From the NCBI GenBank assembly GCA_947458265.1, contig CANGYF010000004.1, positions 232,041-296,040 on the forward strand: 64,000 bases of DNA. Direction: 5' to 3'. The first letter of the stretch is position 1; each line of letters begins with the position of its first letter. Source of the stretch: Betaproteobacteria bacterium (GTDB lineage Bacteria > Pseudomonadota > Gammaproteobacteria > Burkholderiales > CAIKXV01). The notes below the pieces were generated by a model. That model was not told where the DNA came from and did no database searches. It was given only the letters and a program-made list of their open reading frames with translations. Shown here piece by piece: positions 55,904 to 64,000 of this stretch. The translations under genes were made by a program, and so were the position numbers.

Positions 55904-57355
55904 ATGGATACCACCGCCGCCCCTGCCTATCCCAAACTGTCGCTGTACATCGACGGCCAGTTCATCGGCGCGGAGGGGCGGGTCGAGCAGGATGTGACCA
56001 ACCCGGCCACCGGCGAGGTGATCGGCCGGCTGCCGCATGCCACGCGCGAAGACCTCGACCATGCCCTGGCGGCGGCCGACCGGGCGTTCCAGTCGTGGCA
56101 CAGGAGTTCTCCGGTCGAGCGTTCGAAGATCCTGCGCCGGGCGGCCGAACTGTTCCGCGAGCGCGCGCCCGAGATGGCGCGTGGCATCACGCTCGACATG
56201 GGCAAGCCCTATGCCGAAGCGATGGCCGAGGTGATGGGCGGTGCTGAACACTGCGAATGGCATGCAGAGGAATGCCGCCGCATCTACGGCCGGGTGATCC
56301 CGCCGCGCGTCGACGGCGTGCGCCAGCTCGTGCTGCGCGAACCGATCGGCGTCTGCGCGGCCTTCACGCCGTGGAACTTCCCGTTCAACCAGGCCATCCG
56401 AAAGGTGGTCGCGGCGATCGGCGCGGGCTGCACGCTGGTGCTCAAGGGGCCGGAGGACGCGCCCAGTGCGGTGGTCATCATCGCCCAGGTGTTCGCCGAC
56501 GCGGGGCTTCCCGCCGGCTGCCTGAACATCGTCTGGGGCGTGCCGGCCGAGGTGTCCGACTACCTGATCCGCTCGCCGATCGTGCGCAAGATTTCGTTCA
56601 CGGGTTCGGTGCCGGTCGGAAAGCAGCTGGCCGCGCTGGCCGGCTCGCTGATGAAGCGTTGCACGATGGAACTCGGTGGACATTCGCCGGCCATCGTGTT
56701 CGAGGACGCCGATGTCGACCGGGCGGCCGAACTGCTGGCCAACATGAAGTACCGCAACGCCGGGCAGGTCTGCGTATCGCCCTCGCGCATGTTCGTGCAC
56801 GAGCAGGCGTATGACCGCTTCGTCGAGAAGTTCGCGGCCGTGGCCTCGTCGCTGAAGGTGGGCAGCGGCCTCGACAAGGACACGCGCATGGGCCCGCTCG
56901 CCCACCAGCGCCGGGTGCCGACGATGGAGAGCTTCGTCGACGATGCCGACCGCCGTGGCGGCAAGGTGCTGGTCGGCGGTTCCAAGATCGACGGTGCCGG
57001 CCACTTCTTCTCGCCGACGGTGATCACCGATGTGCCGGACGACTCGAAGCTGATGACGCAGGAGCCGTTCGGCCCGATCGCGCCGATCGTCCGCTTCAGC
57101 GAGTTCGACGAGGTCGTGCGCCGCGCCAACAGCCTGCCGTACGGACTGGCTTCGTACGCGTTCACCCGCTCCTCGCGCAACGCCACCGCGATTGCCAACG
57201 CGATCGAGGCCGGCATGGTGAACATCAACCACTTCGGCATCGCCCTGTCCGAGACCCCGTTCGGTGGGGTGAAAGACAGCGGTTATGGCAGCGAGGGCGG
57301 TGCCGAGACCTTCGACGGCTACCTGGTCACGAAGTTCGTCACCCAGCTGAACTGA
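55904..57355 (+). CDS. NAD(P)-dependent aldehyde dehydrogenase (semialdehyde dehydrogenase-like)
   Basis: 483 aa. '[10 protein letters not shown]', '[11 protein letters not shown]', '[12 protein letters not shown]' and '[12 protein letters not shown]' (catalytic Cys). AAGGAG Shine-Dalgarno. Confidence 0.9.
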   Translation: MDTTAAPAYPKLSLYIDGQFIGAEGRVEQDVTNPATGEVIGRLPHATREDLDHALAAADRAFQSWHRSSPVERSKILRRAAELFRERAPEMARGITLDMGKPYAEAMAEVMGGAEHCEWHAEECRRIYGRVIPPRVDGVRQLVLREPIGVCAAFTPWNFPFNQAIRKVVAAIGAGCTLVLKGPEDAPSAVVIIAQVFADAGLPAGCLNIVWGVPAEVSDYLIRSPIVRKISFTGSVPVGKQLAALAGSLMKRCTMELGGHSPAIVFEDADVDRAAELLANMKYRNAGQVCVSPSRMFVHEQAYDRFVEKFAAVASSLKVGSGLDKDTRMGPLAHQRRVPTMESFVDDADRRGGKVLVGGSKIDGAGHFFSPTVITDVPDDSKLMTQEPFGPIAPIVRFSEFDEVVRRANSLPYGLASYAFTRSSRNATAIANAIEAGMVNINHFGIALSETPFGGVKDSGYGSEGGAETFDGYLVTKFVTQLN

Positions 57356-57364
57356 AGGCCTGTC

Positions 57365-58333
57365 ATGAACATCGCGATCCTCGACGATTTCCTCGGCGTG
57401 GTGCAGTCGCTCGACGTCTATCGCAAGCTCGATGGGCACCAGGTGACGGTGTTCCGGGACCCGCTGACCGATGTCGATGAACTCGGGCGGCGCCTCGCCG
57501 CGTTCGACGCGCTGGTTCTGTCGCGCGAGCGCACGAAGATCACGGCAAGCCTGCTCGACCGCCTGCCGAACCTGCGCATCATCAGCCAGACCGGCGTCAT
57601 TCCGCACATCGATGTGCCGGCCTGTACCCAGCATGGCGTGGTGGTGTGCTCGACGCGGACCGGGCCGTCGTACACCACGGCGGAACTCACCTGGGGGCTG
57701 ATCCTGGCCTCGATGCGCCACATCCCGCAGGAAGCGGTGGCGCTGCGCGAGGGGCGCTGGCAGACCCGCTTCGGTCGAGGGCTGCGCGGCCGCACGCTGG
57801 GCGTCTTCGGCTATGGGTGGATCGGCGCGCTGGTCGCATCCTACGGGCGTGCGTTCGACATGAAGGTGCAGGTGTGGGGGCGCGAAGGCAGTCTGGCACG
57901 GGCGCGCGAGGCGGGCTACGACACGGCGCCCGATCAGCGCACGTTCTTCGAGACCTCCGATATCGTGACCCTGCACCTGCGGATGCTGCCCGAGACCGAT
58001 GGCATCGTTTCGGCGGCAGACCTGGCCGCCATGAAGCCCGATGCCCTGTTCGTCAACACCAGCCGGGCAGCGCTGGTGGAGAAGGGGGCGCTGCTCGCTG
58101 CCCTGCGCGCCGGGCGGCCCGGCCATGCAGCGGTCGACGTGTACGACCAGGAGCCCGTCGTGGGCGCGCTCGATCCGCTGGTGTCGATGGACAACGTGGT
58201 CTGCTCGCCCCACGTCGGCTATGTCACGCGCGACCGCTTCGAGATCATGTTCGAATCCGCATTCGAGCAGGTCGATGCATTCGCCCGCGGCGAGCCGGTC
58301 AACGTGGTGAACCCTGAAGTGCTCGGCCGCTGA
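57365..58333 (+). CDS. D-isomer-specific 2-hydroxyacid dehydrogenase family
   Basis: 'LGVFGYGWIGALVASYGRAFDMKV' (Rossmann) and 'FVNTSRAALVEKGALLAALRAGRPGHAAVDVY...VCSPHVGY'. Confidence 0.85.
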   Translation: MNIAILDDFLGVVQSLDVYRKLDGHQVTVFRDPLTDVDELGRRLAAFDALVLSRERTKITASLLDRLPNLRIISQTGVIPHIDVPACTQHGVVVCSTRTGPSYTTAELTWGLILASMRHIPQEAVALREGRWQTRFGRGLRGRTLGVFGYGWIGALVASYGRAFDMKVQVWGREGSLARAREAGYDTAPDQRTFFETSDIVTLHLRMLPETDGIVSAADLAAMKPDALFVNTSRAALVEKGALLAALRAGRPGHAAVDVYDQEPVVGALDPLVSMDNVVCSPHVGYVTRDRFEIMFESAFEQVDAFARGEPVNVVNPEVLGR

Positions 58334-58385
58334 CGTCAGCACGTGGCCACATCCTGAGTACAGCCCTCTACAGACCGCCGGGACG

Positions 58386-59156
58386 ATGATGAAACTGCTG
58401 GTAGCAAACCCGAACACCTCCGACGTCGTGCTCGACGTGATCCTTGCCTCGGCACGTCGGCGCGCGCTGCCGGACACCGAGATTGCCGGCCTGTCCTCGC
58501 CTAACGGCACGCGCAGCATCGACTGTGCCTATGGCGACTACATGAGTGCACCGCACATGATCGAGGCGGTGCGCCGGCGCGTGGCGGTCGATCGCCCGGA
58601 TGCAGTCGTGCTGGCCGGCTTCGGCAACGTCGGCATCTATGCGCTGAAGGAACTGCTCGACATCCCGGTCGTGTCGATCTCCGAGGCCAGCATGGCGATG
58701 GCCTGCCTGCTCGGGCACCGCTTCAGCACGCTGACCATGCTCGAACAGTTCATTCCCTACCAGCAGGACCTGGTCCGGCTGTACGGGTTCGAGTCGAAGT
58801 GCGCGTCGGTTCGGGCGATCAACATCAACGTCGAGGAGGCCGCGACGCACCGCGAGCGCACCCTGCGCGACCTCTCGGTGCAGGTGAAGGAACTGGTCAG
58901 TCGTGACCAGGCGGAGGTCGTGATCCTCGCCTGCGCCGGCCTGTGCGGTTACGACGAGGCGTTGTCCGAACTGTCCGGGGTGCCGGTGATCGACCCCGTG
59001 GTCGCCGGCGTGAAGATGGCCGAGGCATTTGTCAGCATGGGCATCAGCCATTCGAAGGTGCGCAAGTTCCGTGCGCCGCCGCAGCCGATCGCAGACTACG
59101 GCACCGAGGTGCTGGCCCCGGGGCAGGGCGGGAAGGTCACCCCGGGTCGCGGCTGA
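58386..59156 (+). CDS. Hydantoin-racemase-like protein (Asp/Glu/hydantoin racemase family) with a single thiol position retained
   Basis: 'MMKLLVANPNTS...DAVVLAGFGNVGIYALKELLDIPVVSISEAS...AEVVILACAGLCGY...GVPVIDPVVAGVKMAE'. The first Cys position is Gly. The second Cys is present. Confidence 0.8.
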   Translation: MMKLLVANPNTSDVVLDVILASARRRALPDTEIAGLSSPNGTRSIDCAYGDYMSAPHMIEAVRRRVAVDRPDAVVLAGFGNVGIYALKELLDIPVVSISEASMAMACLLGHRFSTLTMLEQFIPYQQDLVRLYGFESKCASVRAININVEEAATHRERTLRDLSVQVKELVSRDQAEVVILACAGLCGYDEALSELSGVPVIDPVVAGVKMAEAFVSMGISHSKVRKFRAPPQPIADYGTEVLAPGQGGKVTPGRG

Positions 59157-59886
59157 TCCGGGCCTGCAGGGCCGGCCCGAGTCCGCGCGCGGGCTTGGCC
59201 GGGGGGCGTGCGAAGCTGCCGGCCTGGGGCACGGCGGGATTCAGGCCGACCAGTGCCTCGGCAAGCCGCACGGCGCAGCTCACGCCATCGATCACCGGCA
59301 CCGGCAGCAGGTGCGCGATCTCCCGCGCCACCCCGGCCAGCGGGCCACCGCCGACGATCAGCACCTCGGCCTGGTCTTCGTCCACCGCGCGCCGGCATTG
59401 CTCGAGCAGCGCGTCGCGCGCGGCCTCCCTGGCCTCCGTGATGTCGGCGTCGAGCTTCGGCAGGGCGCGGACGCTGGCGAGCCGTCCATCGAGCCCGACA
59501 TCGCGCGCGCATTCCAGGTACCAGGTGCGCAGGCGCGGCGTGAGGCAGACGACCGAGTAGCGCCGCCCCAGCAGCCATGCCATGTGGAACGCCGCCTCCG
59601 AGATGCCGACCACCGGGATATCGAACAGTTCGCGCGCCGCTTCGACGCCGGGATCGCCGAACGCCGCGACGATCACCGCGTCGCACCCTGCAGCATGGGT
59701 GGCGATGGCATCGAGCACTGCATGCGAGGCGATCGCCGCCTCGGCGCGGTTCTCGACGTACTGCGTGCCGAACGGCGCCGACACCGCTTCCAGCAGGGTG
59801 CCCGGGCTGGCACAGCGCCGGGCCTCCTCGAGCATGATGGCGGTGATGCGGTCGGTGATGTTCGGATTGACGAGCAGCAGTTTCAT
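59137..59886 (-). CDS. Hydantoin-racemase-like protein (Asp/Glu/hydantoin racemase family), both thiol positions substituted
   Basis: 'MKLLLVNPNITD...CDAVIVAAFGDPGVEAARELFDIPVVGISEAA...AEVLIVGGGPLAG...PVPVIDGV'. Its 3' end overlaps the convergent paralogue by 20 nt. Confidence 0.8.
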   Translation of the reverse strand: MKLLLVNPNITDRITAIMLEEARRCASPGTLLEAVSAPFGTQYVENRAEAAIASHAVLDAIATHAAGCDAVIVAAFGDPGVEAARELFDIPVVGISEAAFHMAWLLGRRYSVVCLTPRLRTWYLECARDVGLDGRLASVRALPKLDADITEAREAARDALLEQCRRAVDEDQAEVLIVGGGPLAGVAREIAHLLPVPVIDGVSCAVRLAEALVGLNPAVPQAGSFARPPAKPARGLGPALQARISRDPG

Positions 59887-60006
59887 GGTGGTGGCGTTGC
59901 CTTTGCGACGGGGCGTTCCGGAAGGTCACTGCTGTTATCATTGCACGGAGCGGACGGCTCGTCAGTGGCCGTCCATTCCCACAAGATGCGATAACGGGGG
60001 GTGTGG

Positions 60007-60429
60007 ATGGGCATGCTGCAGGAGTTCAAGGATTTCGCGGTCAAGGGCAACGTGATGGACCTCGCCGTCGGCGTGATCATCGGTGCTGCCTTCGGCAAGA
60101 TCGTCGACTCGGTGGTGGGCGACCTGATCATGCCGATCGTCGGACGGGTAGTCGGTGGGCTCGATTTCTCGAGCTTCTTCATTGCGCTGAAAGCGGTGCC
60201 GCCGGACGTCGCAATGAACCTGGTCGACCTCAAGAAGGCCGGCATCCCGGTGTTCGCCTACGGCAGCTTCATCACCATCCTGATCAACTTCGTCATCCTT
60301 GCCTTCATCATCTTCATGCTGGTCAAGTGGATCAACCGCCTCAAGGCGGATGCGCCCCCGCCTGCACCGGCAGCCGATCCTGAAGAAGTGGTGCTGTTGC
60401 GGCAGATCCGCGACTCGCTGAAGAAGTAG
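60007..60429 (+). CDS. mscL: Large-conductance mechanosensitive channel
   Basis: '[46 protein letters not shown]' is close to the canonical MscL N-terminus. Confidence 0.9.
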   Translation: MGMLQEFKDFAVKGNVMDLAVGVIIGAAFGKIVDSVVGDLIMPIVGRVVGGLDFSSFFIALKAVPPDVAMNLVDLKKAGIPVFAYGSFITILINFVILAFIIFMLVKWINRLKADAPPPAPAADPEEVVLLRQIRDSLKK

Positions 60430-60491
60430 CCCGCGCGCTCAGCGGAACAGCCTGCGCTCCGGCGGCGCAGGTTGTTCCATGCGCAGCGGCG

Positions 60492-60935
60492 TCACTTGCA
60501 GATCAGCACCGGCGTGCGCGCGTGCGCCAGGACCTTCTTCGTTTCGCTGCCGAGCAGCAGGCTGGCGAGCCCGCTGCGCCCGCGGGAGGACATCACGATC
60601 AGGTCGCAGCCCTGTTCCTCCGCGACATTGATGATCGTGTCGGCGGTGTGGTAGCTGGTCACGTGCACCGCGCCGGCCGGCACGCCGGCCGCCTCCGCCT
60701 CGTCGGTGACCTGCGACAGGAAGCGTTCGGCACGGTTGACCGCTTCGCGCTCGAAGCGCGCCTCGATCTCGGGATCGAACGGGCCGGAATCCTCGTAGAC
60801 CGGTGGGTAGTACTCGGGCACCACGTGCAGTGCGGTGATCTTTGCGCCGACGGCCTTCGCCAGCCCGATCGCATGCTTCAGGGCATTGGCTGACCGCTCG
60901 GATCCATCGGTTGGAAACAGGATGTGCTTGTACAT
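60492..60935 (-). CDS. Universal stress protein (UspA family)
   Basis: 147 aa. 'MYKHILFPTDGSERS...' and 'CDLIVMSSRGRSGLASLLLGSETKKVLAHARTPVLI'. Confidence 0.85.
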   Translation of the reverse strand: MYKHILFPTDGSERSANALKHAIGLAKAVGAKITALHVVPEYYPPVYEDSGPFDPEIEARFEREAVNRAERFLSQVTDEAEAAGVPAGAVHVTSYHTADTIINVAEEQGCDLIVMSSRGRSGLASLLLGSETKKVLAHARTPVLICK

Positions 60936-61154
60936 GCTTCACCTCCTTCGGCGGTTGGACCTGCCAGGTTCGGGCATTGCGCATCGACGGCGCGGCGGCA
61001 GTTGCCGGTGCAGGCGCTCTCGACGTCGGCGGAGCGTGCTACGGTCCGAGGATTTTCGCAAGCATGCCCCGTGTCGTCTGGCGGTAGCCGGCAACCGGCC
61101 ATCGGTCCGGCGCGGGCCCGTCTCCTGCGTGTTCTGTCGTCATCGTTGCCCGCC

Positions 61155-61781
61155 ATGTCGCAATACTTCTTGATCCATCCCGAAAACCCGCAGGTTCGCC
61201 TGGTGCGGCAGGCGGCTGCCATCGTGCGCGGCGGCGGGCTGATCGCCTATCCGACCGATTCCTGCTATGCGCTCGGTTGCCAGATCGGCAACAAGGACGC
61301 AGCGGAGCGGATCCGGCGCATCCGCCAGCTGGAGCCACAGCACCACTTCACGCTGGTCTGCAAGGACCTTGGCGAACTGGGCCGATACGCCAGGGTAGAC
61401 AACCGCCAGTTCCGGCTGCTGAAGGCGGCCACGCCGGGCAGCTACACCTTCATCCTCGAGGCTTCGCGCGAGGTGCCGCGGCGCATGATGCATCCGAAAC
61501 GCTCTACGATCGGCCTGCGCGTGCCGGAGCACCGGATCGTGGCCGCGCTGCTGGCGGAACTGGGCGAACCGCTGCTCAGCTCGACGCTGTGGCTGCCCGG
61601 CGACGACCTGCCGATCAACGACGGCACCGAGATTCGCGAGCGACTCGAGCACGAACTCGACCTGGTGCTCGATGCCGGCTCCTGCGGCATCGAGATGACC
61701 ACGGTGATCGACCTGACGCTGGACCCACCCGAGATCACCCGGCAGGGACGCGGTAGCGCGGCCATCCTGGGCGGGCGCTGA
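61155..61781 (+). CDS. yciO: YrdC-domain protein, YciO subfamily (threonylcarbamoyl-AMP synthase-like)
   Basis: 'MSQYFLIHPENPQVRLVRQAAAIVRGGGLIAYPTDSCYALGCQIGNKDAAERIRRIRQL...HHFTLVC' is nearly colinear with E. coli YciO as I recall it. Confidence 0.85.
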   Translation: MSQYFLIHPENPQVRLVRQAAAIVRGGGLIAYPTDSCYALGCQIGNKDAAERIRRIRQLEPQHHFTLVCKDLGELGRYARVDNRQFRLLKAATPGSYTFILEASREVPRRMMHPKRSTIGLRVPEHRIVAALLAELGEPLLSSTLWLPGDDLPINDGTEIRERLEHELDLVLDAGSCGIEMTTVIDLTLDPPEITRQGRGSAAILGGR

Positions 61782-61874
61782 GCCACTGGCGGTCGGTGGC
61801 AATGCGCAGGGTTGCTTATACTCAGCCACTTGCGAGCGCACTTCCGGCGGTCGCCACGAACGGAGTCGAACACG

Positions 61875-63077
61875 ATGTATGCCGATCGCGTGCTGTCGGG
61901 AATGCGGCCGACTGGCGCACTTCACCTGGGCCATTACCATGGCGTGCTCAAGAACTGGGTGCGCCTTCAGCATGAGCACGAGTGTCTGTTCTTCGTTGCC
62001 GACTGGCATGCGCTGACCACGCACTACGACACGCCGCAGGTGATCGAGCAGAACGCCTGGGACATGGTCATCGACTGGCTTGCAGGGGGCATCGATCCGG
62101 CTCATGCGACGATCTTCCTGCAGTCGAAGGTGCCCGAGCACGCGGAACTGCACCTGCTGCTGTCGATGATCACCCCGCTCGGCTGGCTGGAGAGGGTGCC
62201 GACCTACAAGGACCAGCAGGAAAAGCTTGCCGAGAAGGACCTGTCGACCTACGGATTCCTCGGCTATCCCCTGCTGCAGGCGGCGGACATCCTGATTTAC
62301 CGCGCCAACCAGGTGCCGGTCGGCGAGGATCAGGTCCCGCACATCGAGTTCACGCGTGAGATCGCGCGCCGCTTCAACCACATCTTCGGCCGCGAAGCCG
62401 GGTTCGAGGACAAGGCCGAGGCGGCCATCAAGCGCCTGGGCAGCAAGCGCGCGAATCTCTACCGCGACCTGCGCTCGAAGTACCTCGAGCAGGGCGACGA
62501 CCAGGCGCTCGAGTCCGCGCGTGCGCTGCTCGAGGAGGTGCAGAACCTGAACCTGTCCGACCGGGAGCGACTGTTCGGCTACCTGGAAGGGGGCGGCAAG
62601 GTCATCCTCGCCGAGCCCGAGGCGCTGCTGACCGAGGCTTCGCGCATGCCGGGACTCGACGGGCACAAGATGTCGAAGTCCTACAACAACACGATCTCGC
62701 TGCGCGAGGACGAAGACAGCGTCGTGAAGAAGATCCGCACGATGCCGACCGATCCGGCGCGCGTCAGGCGCACCGATCCCGGCGAGCCGACCCGCTGCCC
62801 GGTGTGGACGTTCCACCAGGTGTATTCGCCCGAGTCGGTGCGCCAGTGGGCCGAGGAGGGCTGCCGCAGCGCGGGCATCGGTTGCCTGGAATGCAAGCAG
62901 CCGGTGATCGACCGTGTGCTCGAGGAACAGGCGCCGATGCGCGAGCGGGCGCGGCCGTACCAGGAAGATCCTTCCCTGCTCCGGAGCATCGTGGCTGATG
63001 GTTGCGAGAAGGCGCGTGCGCTGGCCGGGGAGACGATGCGCGACGTGCGCGAGGCAATGGGGCTCGACTACGATTAG
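61875..63077 (+). CDS. trpS: Tryptophan--tRNA ligase (long form, 400 aa)
   Basis: 'VLSGMRPTGALHLGHYHGVLKNWV' (HIGH-like), 'FFVADWHALTT' and 'KMSKS'. It has a C-terminal extension relative to the 334-aa enterobacterial enzyme. Confidence 0.9.
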   Translation: MYADRVLSGMRPTGALHLGHYHGVLKNWVRLQHEHECLFFVADWHALTTHYDTPQVIEQNAWDMVIDWLAGGIDPAHATIFLQSKVPEHAELHLLLSMITPLGWLERVPTYKDQQEKLAEKDLSTYGFLGYPLLQAADILIYRANQVPVGEDQVPHIEFTREIARRFNHIFGREAGFEDKAEAAIKRLGSKRANLYRDLRSKYLEQGDDQALESARALLEEVQNLNLSDRERLFGYLEGGGKVILAEPEALLTEASRMPGLDGHKMSKSYNNTISLREDEDSVVKKIRTMPTDPARVRRTDPGEPTRCPVWTFHQVYSPESVRQWAEEGCRSAGIGCLECKQPVIDRVLEEQAPMRERARPYQEDPSLLRSIVADGCEKARALAGETMRDVREAMGLDYD

Positions 63078-63172
63078 CGGGGCGCCTGCGCAGCGGCTTC
63101 GCGCACGGCCCGGAACGATCGTTCCCTGACGGTCGGCCCTCGCGGTCAGGCTGCGGTAAACTGCGGCGCGCC

Positions 63173-64000
63173 ATGACGACCACCCCCCAGCCCGAGCAAG
63201 CCGCGACCGAAGCATCGGCTCCTGCCGCGAACGCCTCGGCCGATCCCGTCGCGCCCGGCGCAGAGGCGCCGCCTGTCGTGGCCGTCGTGGCAGGCATCGC
63301 CCGCATCCACGGCGAACCGATGATGGCGGTGCCTCAGGACCTGTACATCCCGCCCGATGCGCTGCAGATCATCCTCGAAAGCTTCGAGGGCCCGCTCGAC
63401 CTGCTGCTGTACCTGATCCGCAAGCAGAACCTCAACGTGCTCGACATTCCGATGGCGCAACTCACGCGCCAGTACCTCGAGTACATCGACGTCATGCACG
63501 ACAATCGGCTGGAACTCGCGGCGGAGTACCTGCTGATGGCGGCACTGCTGATCGAGATCAAGTCGCGCATGCTGCTGCCGCGACCGCCGACCGCGTCGCC
63601 CGACGAGGAAGATCCGCGCGCTGAGCTCGCGCGCCGGCTGCTCGAGTACGAGCAGATCAAGCTGGCCGCGCAGCAGCTTGCTGCGATGCCCCAGGTCGGC
63701 CGGGATTTCGAGGTGGCGCAGGTGTTGTTCGAGCGGCTCGACCTGCAGTTGCCACCGCATGTGCACCCCGAGGACCTGAAGGCGGTGTGGCTGAGGCTGC
63801 TGGCGCGTGCGAAGCTCAACCGCCACCACCGGGTGACGCGCGAGGAGCTCTCGGTGCGCGAGCACATGACGCGCATCCTGCGCCGCCTGAAGGGGCACAG
63901 GTTCGTCGAGTTCTTCAGCCTGTTCGAGCCCGATGCAGGCGTCCCGGTGATCGTCGTCAACCTGCTGGCGCTGCTCGAGCTGTGCCGGGAGTCGATGATC
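63173..64000 (+). CDS. scpA: Segregation and condensation protein A, 3' end beyond window
   Basis: My own translation (not in the ORF track): 'MTTTPQPEQ...LESFEGPLDLLLYLIRKQNLNVLDIPMAQLTRQYLEYI...LELAAEYLLMAALLIEIKSRMLLP'. The frame is open to nt 64000. Confidence 0.85.
   Translation, partial: MTTTPQPEQAATEASAPAANASADPVAPGAEAPPVVAVVAGIARIHGEPMMAVPQDLYIPPDALQIILESFEGPLDLLLYLIRKQNLNVLDIPMAQLTRQYLEYIDVMHDNRLELAAEYLLMAALLIEIKSRMLLPRPPTASPDEEDPRAELARRLLEYEQIKLAAQQLAAMPQVGRDFEVAQVLFERLDLQLPPHVHPEDLKAVWLRLLARAKLNRHHRVTREELSVREHMTRILRRLKGHRFVEFFSLFEPDAGVPVIVVNLLALLELCRESMI

Noticed and set aside
63112-63125. Perfect 14-bp palindrome GGAACGATCGTTCC between trpS and scpA, considered as an operator or restriction-related site.
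   Set aside because: It is a single occurrence in a 95-nt intergenic region that also holds other short inverted repeats. It is most simply part of the trpS terminator/scpA promoter region, and nothing links it to a specific factor.

Overview
High-GC (about 65-70% by eye) chromosomal segment that looks betaproteobacterial and Burkholderiales-like. The hallmarks are six intact Bug/TctC-type periplasmic binders plus one remnant, a long-form TrpRS, a YciO orthologue, and gltX followed by tRNA-Ala and tRNA-Glu. Most long alternative-frame ORFs in the track are GC-driven shadow ORFs. I call about 60 real genes.

Main blocks:
- 1-14 kb: small-acid and lactam catabolism. This includes an enolase-superfamily enzyme, a class V aminotransferase, a CMD-YciI-2-hydroxyacid dehydrogenase-Bug operon, and a fused 5-oxoprolinase.
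- 14-25.8 kb: ureide/purine-ring catabolism (puuE, an M20 amidohydrolase, uraD, uraH). It is followed by a tightly coupled AtzG-like/AtzE-like amidase/PuuE-like/racemase-like operon and a complete tctCBA transporter.
- 26.4-29.6 kb: a DUF4198 protein and a TonB-dependent receptor.
- 29.6-34.3 kb: a lower-GC decayed islet ending at tRNA-Val. It carries two orphan envelope proteins, a toxin-antitoxin pair with an inactivated toxin, and a truncated VOC gene.
- 34.5-52 kb: housekeeping and stress genes (gltX, tRNAs, MscS-like channel, an uup-like ABC-F ATPase). There is also a predicted sigma54-driven ABC transporter operon ending in cynS, whose permease carries an in-frame TGA.
- 53.0-55.1 kb: a stand-alone 678-aa multidomain protein with a TIR/NDT-like N-terminal module, TPR-like repeats and a SLOG-like C-terminal module. 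I consider this the best candidate for an undescribed signalling or conflict function.
- 55.9-64 kb: an aldehyde dehydrogenase/2-hydroxyacid dehydrogenase/racemase-like cluster, then mscL, a universal stress protein, yciO, trpS and scpA.

I saw no CRISPR array, IS element, integrase or rRNA. All family assignments come from motif recognition by eye, with no database search.
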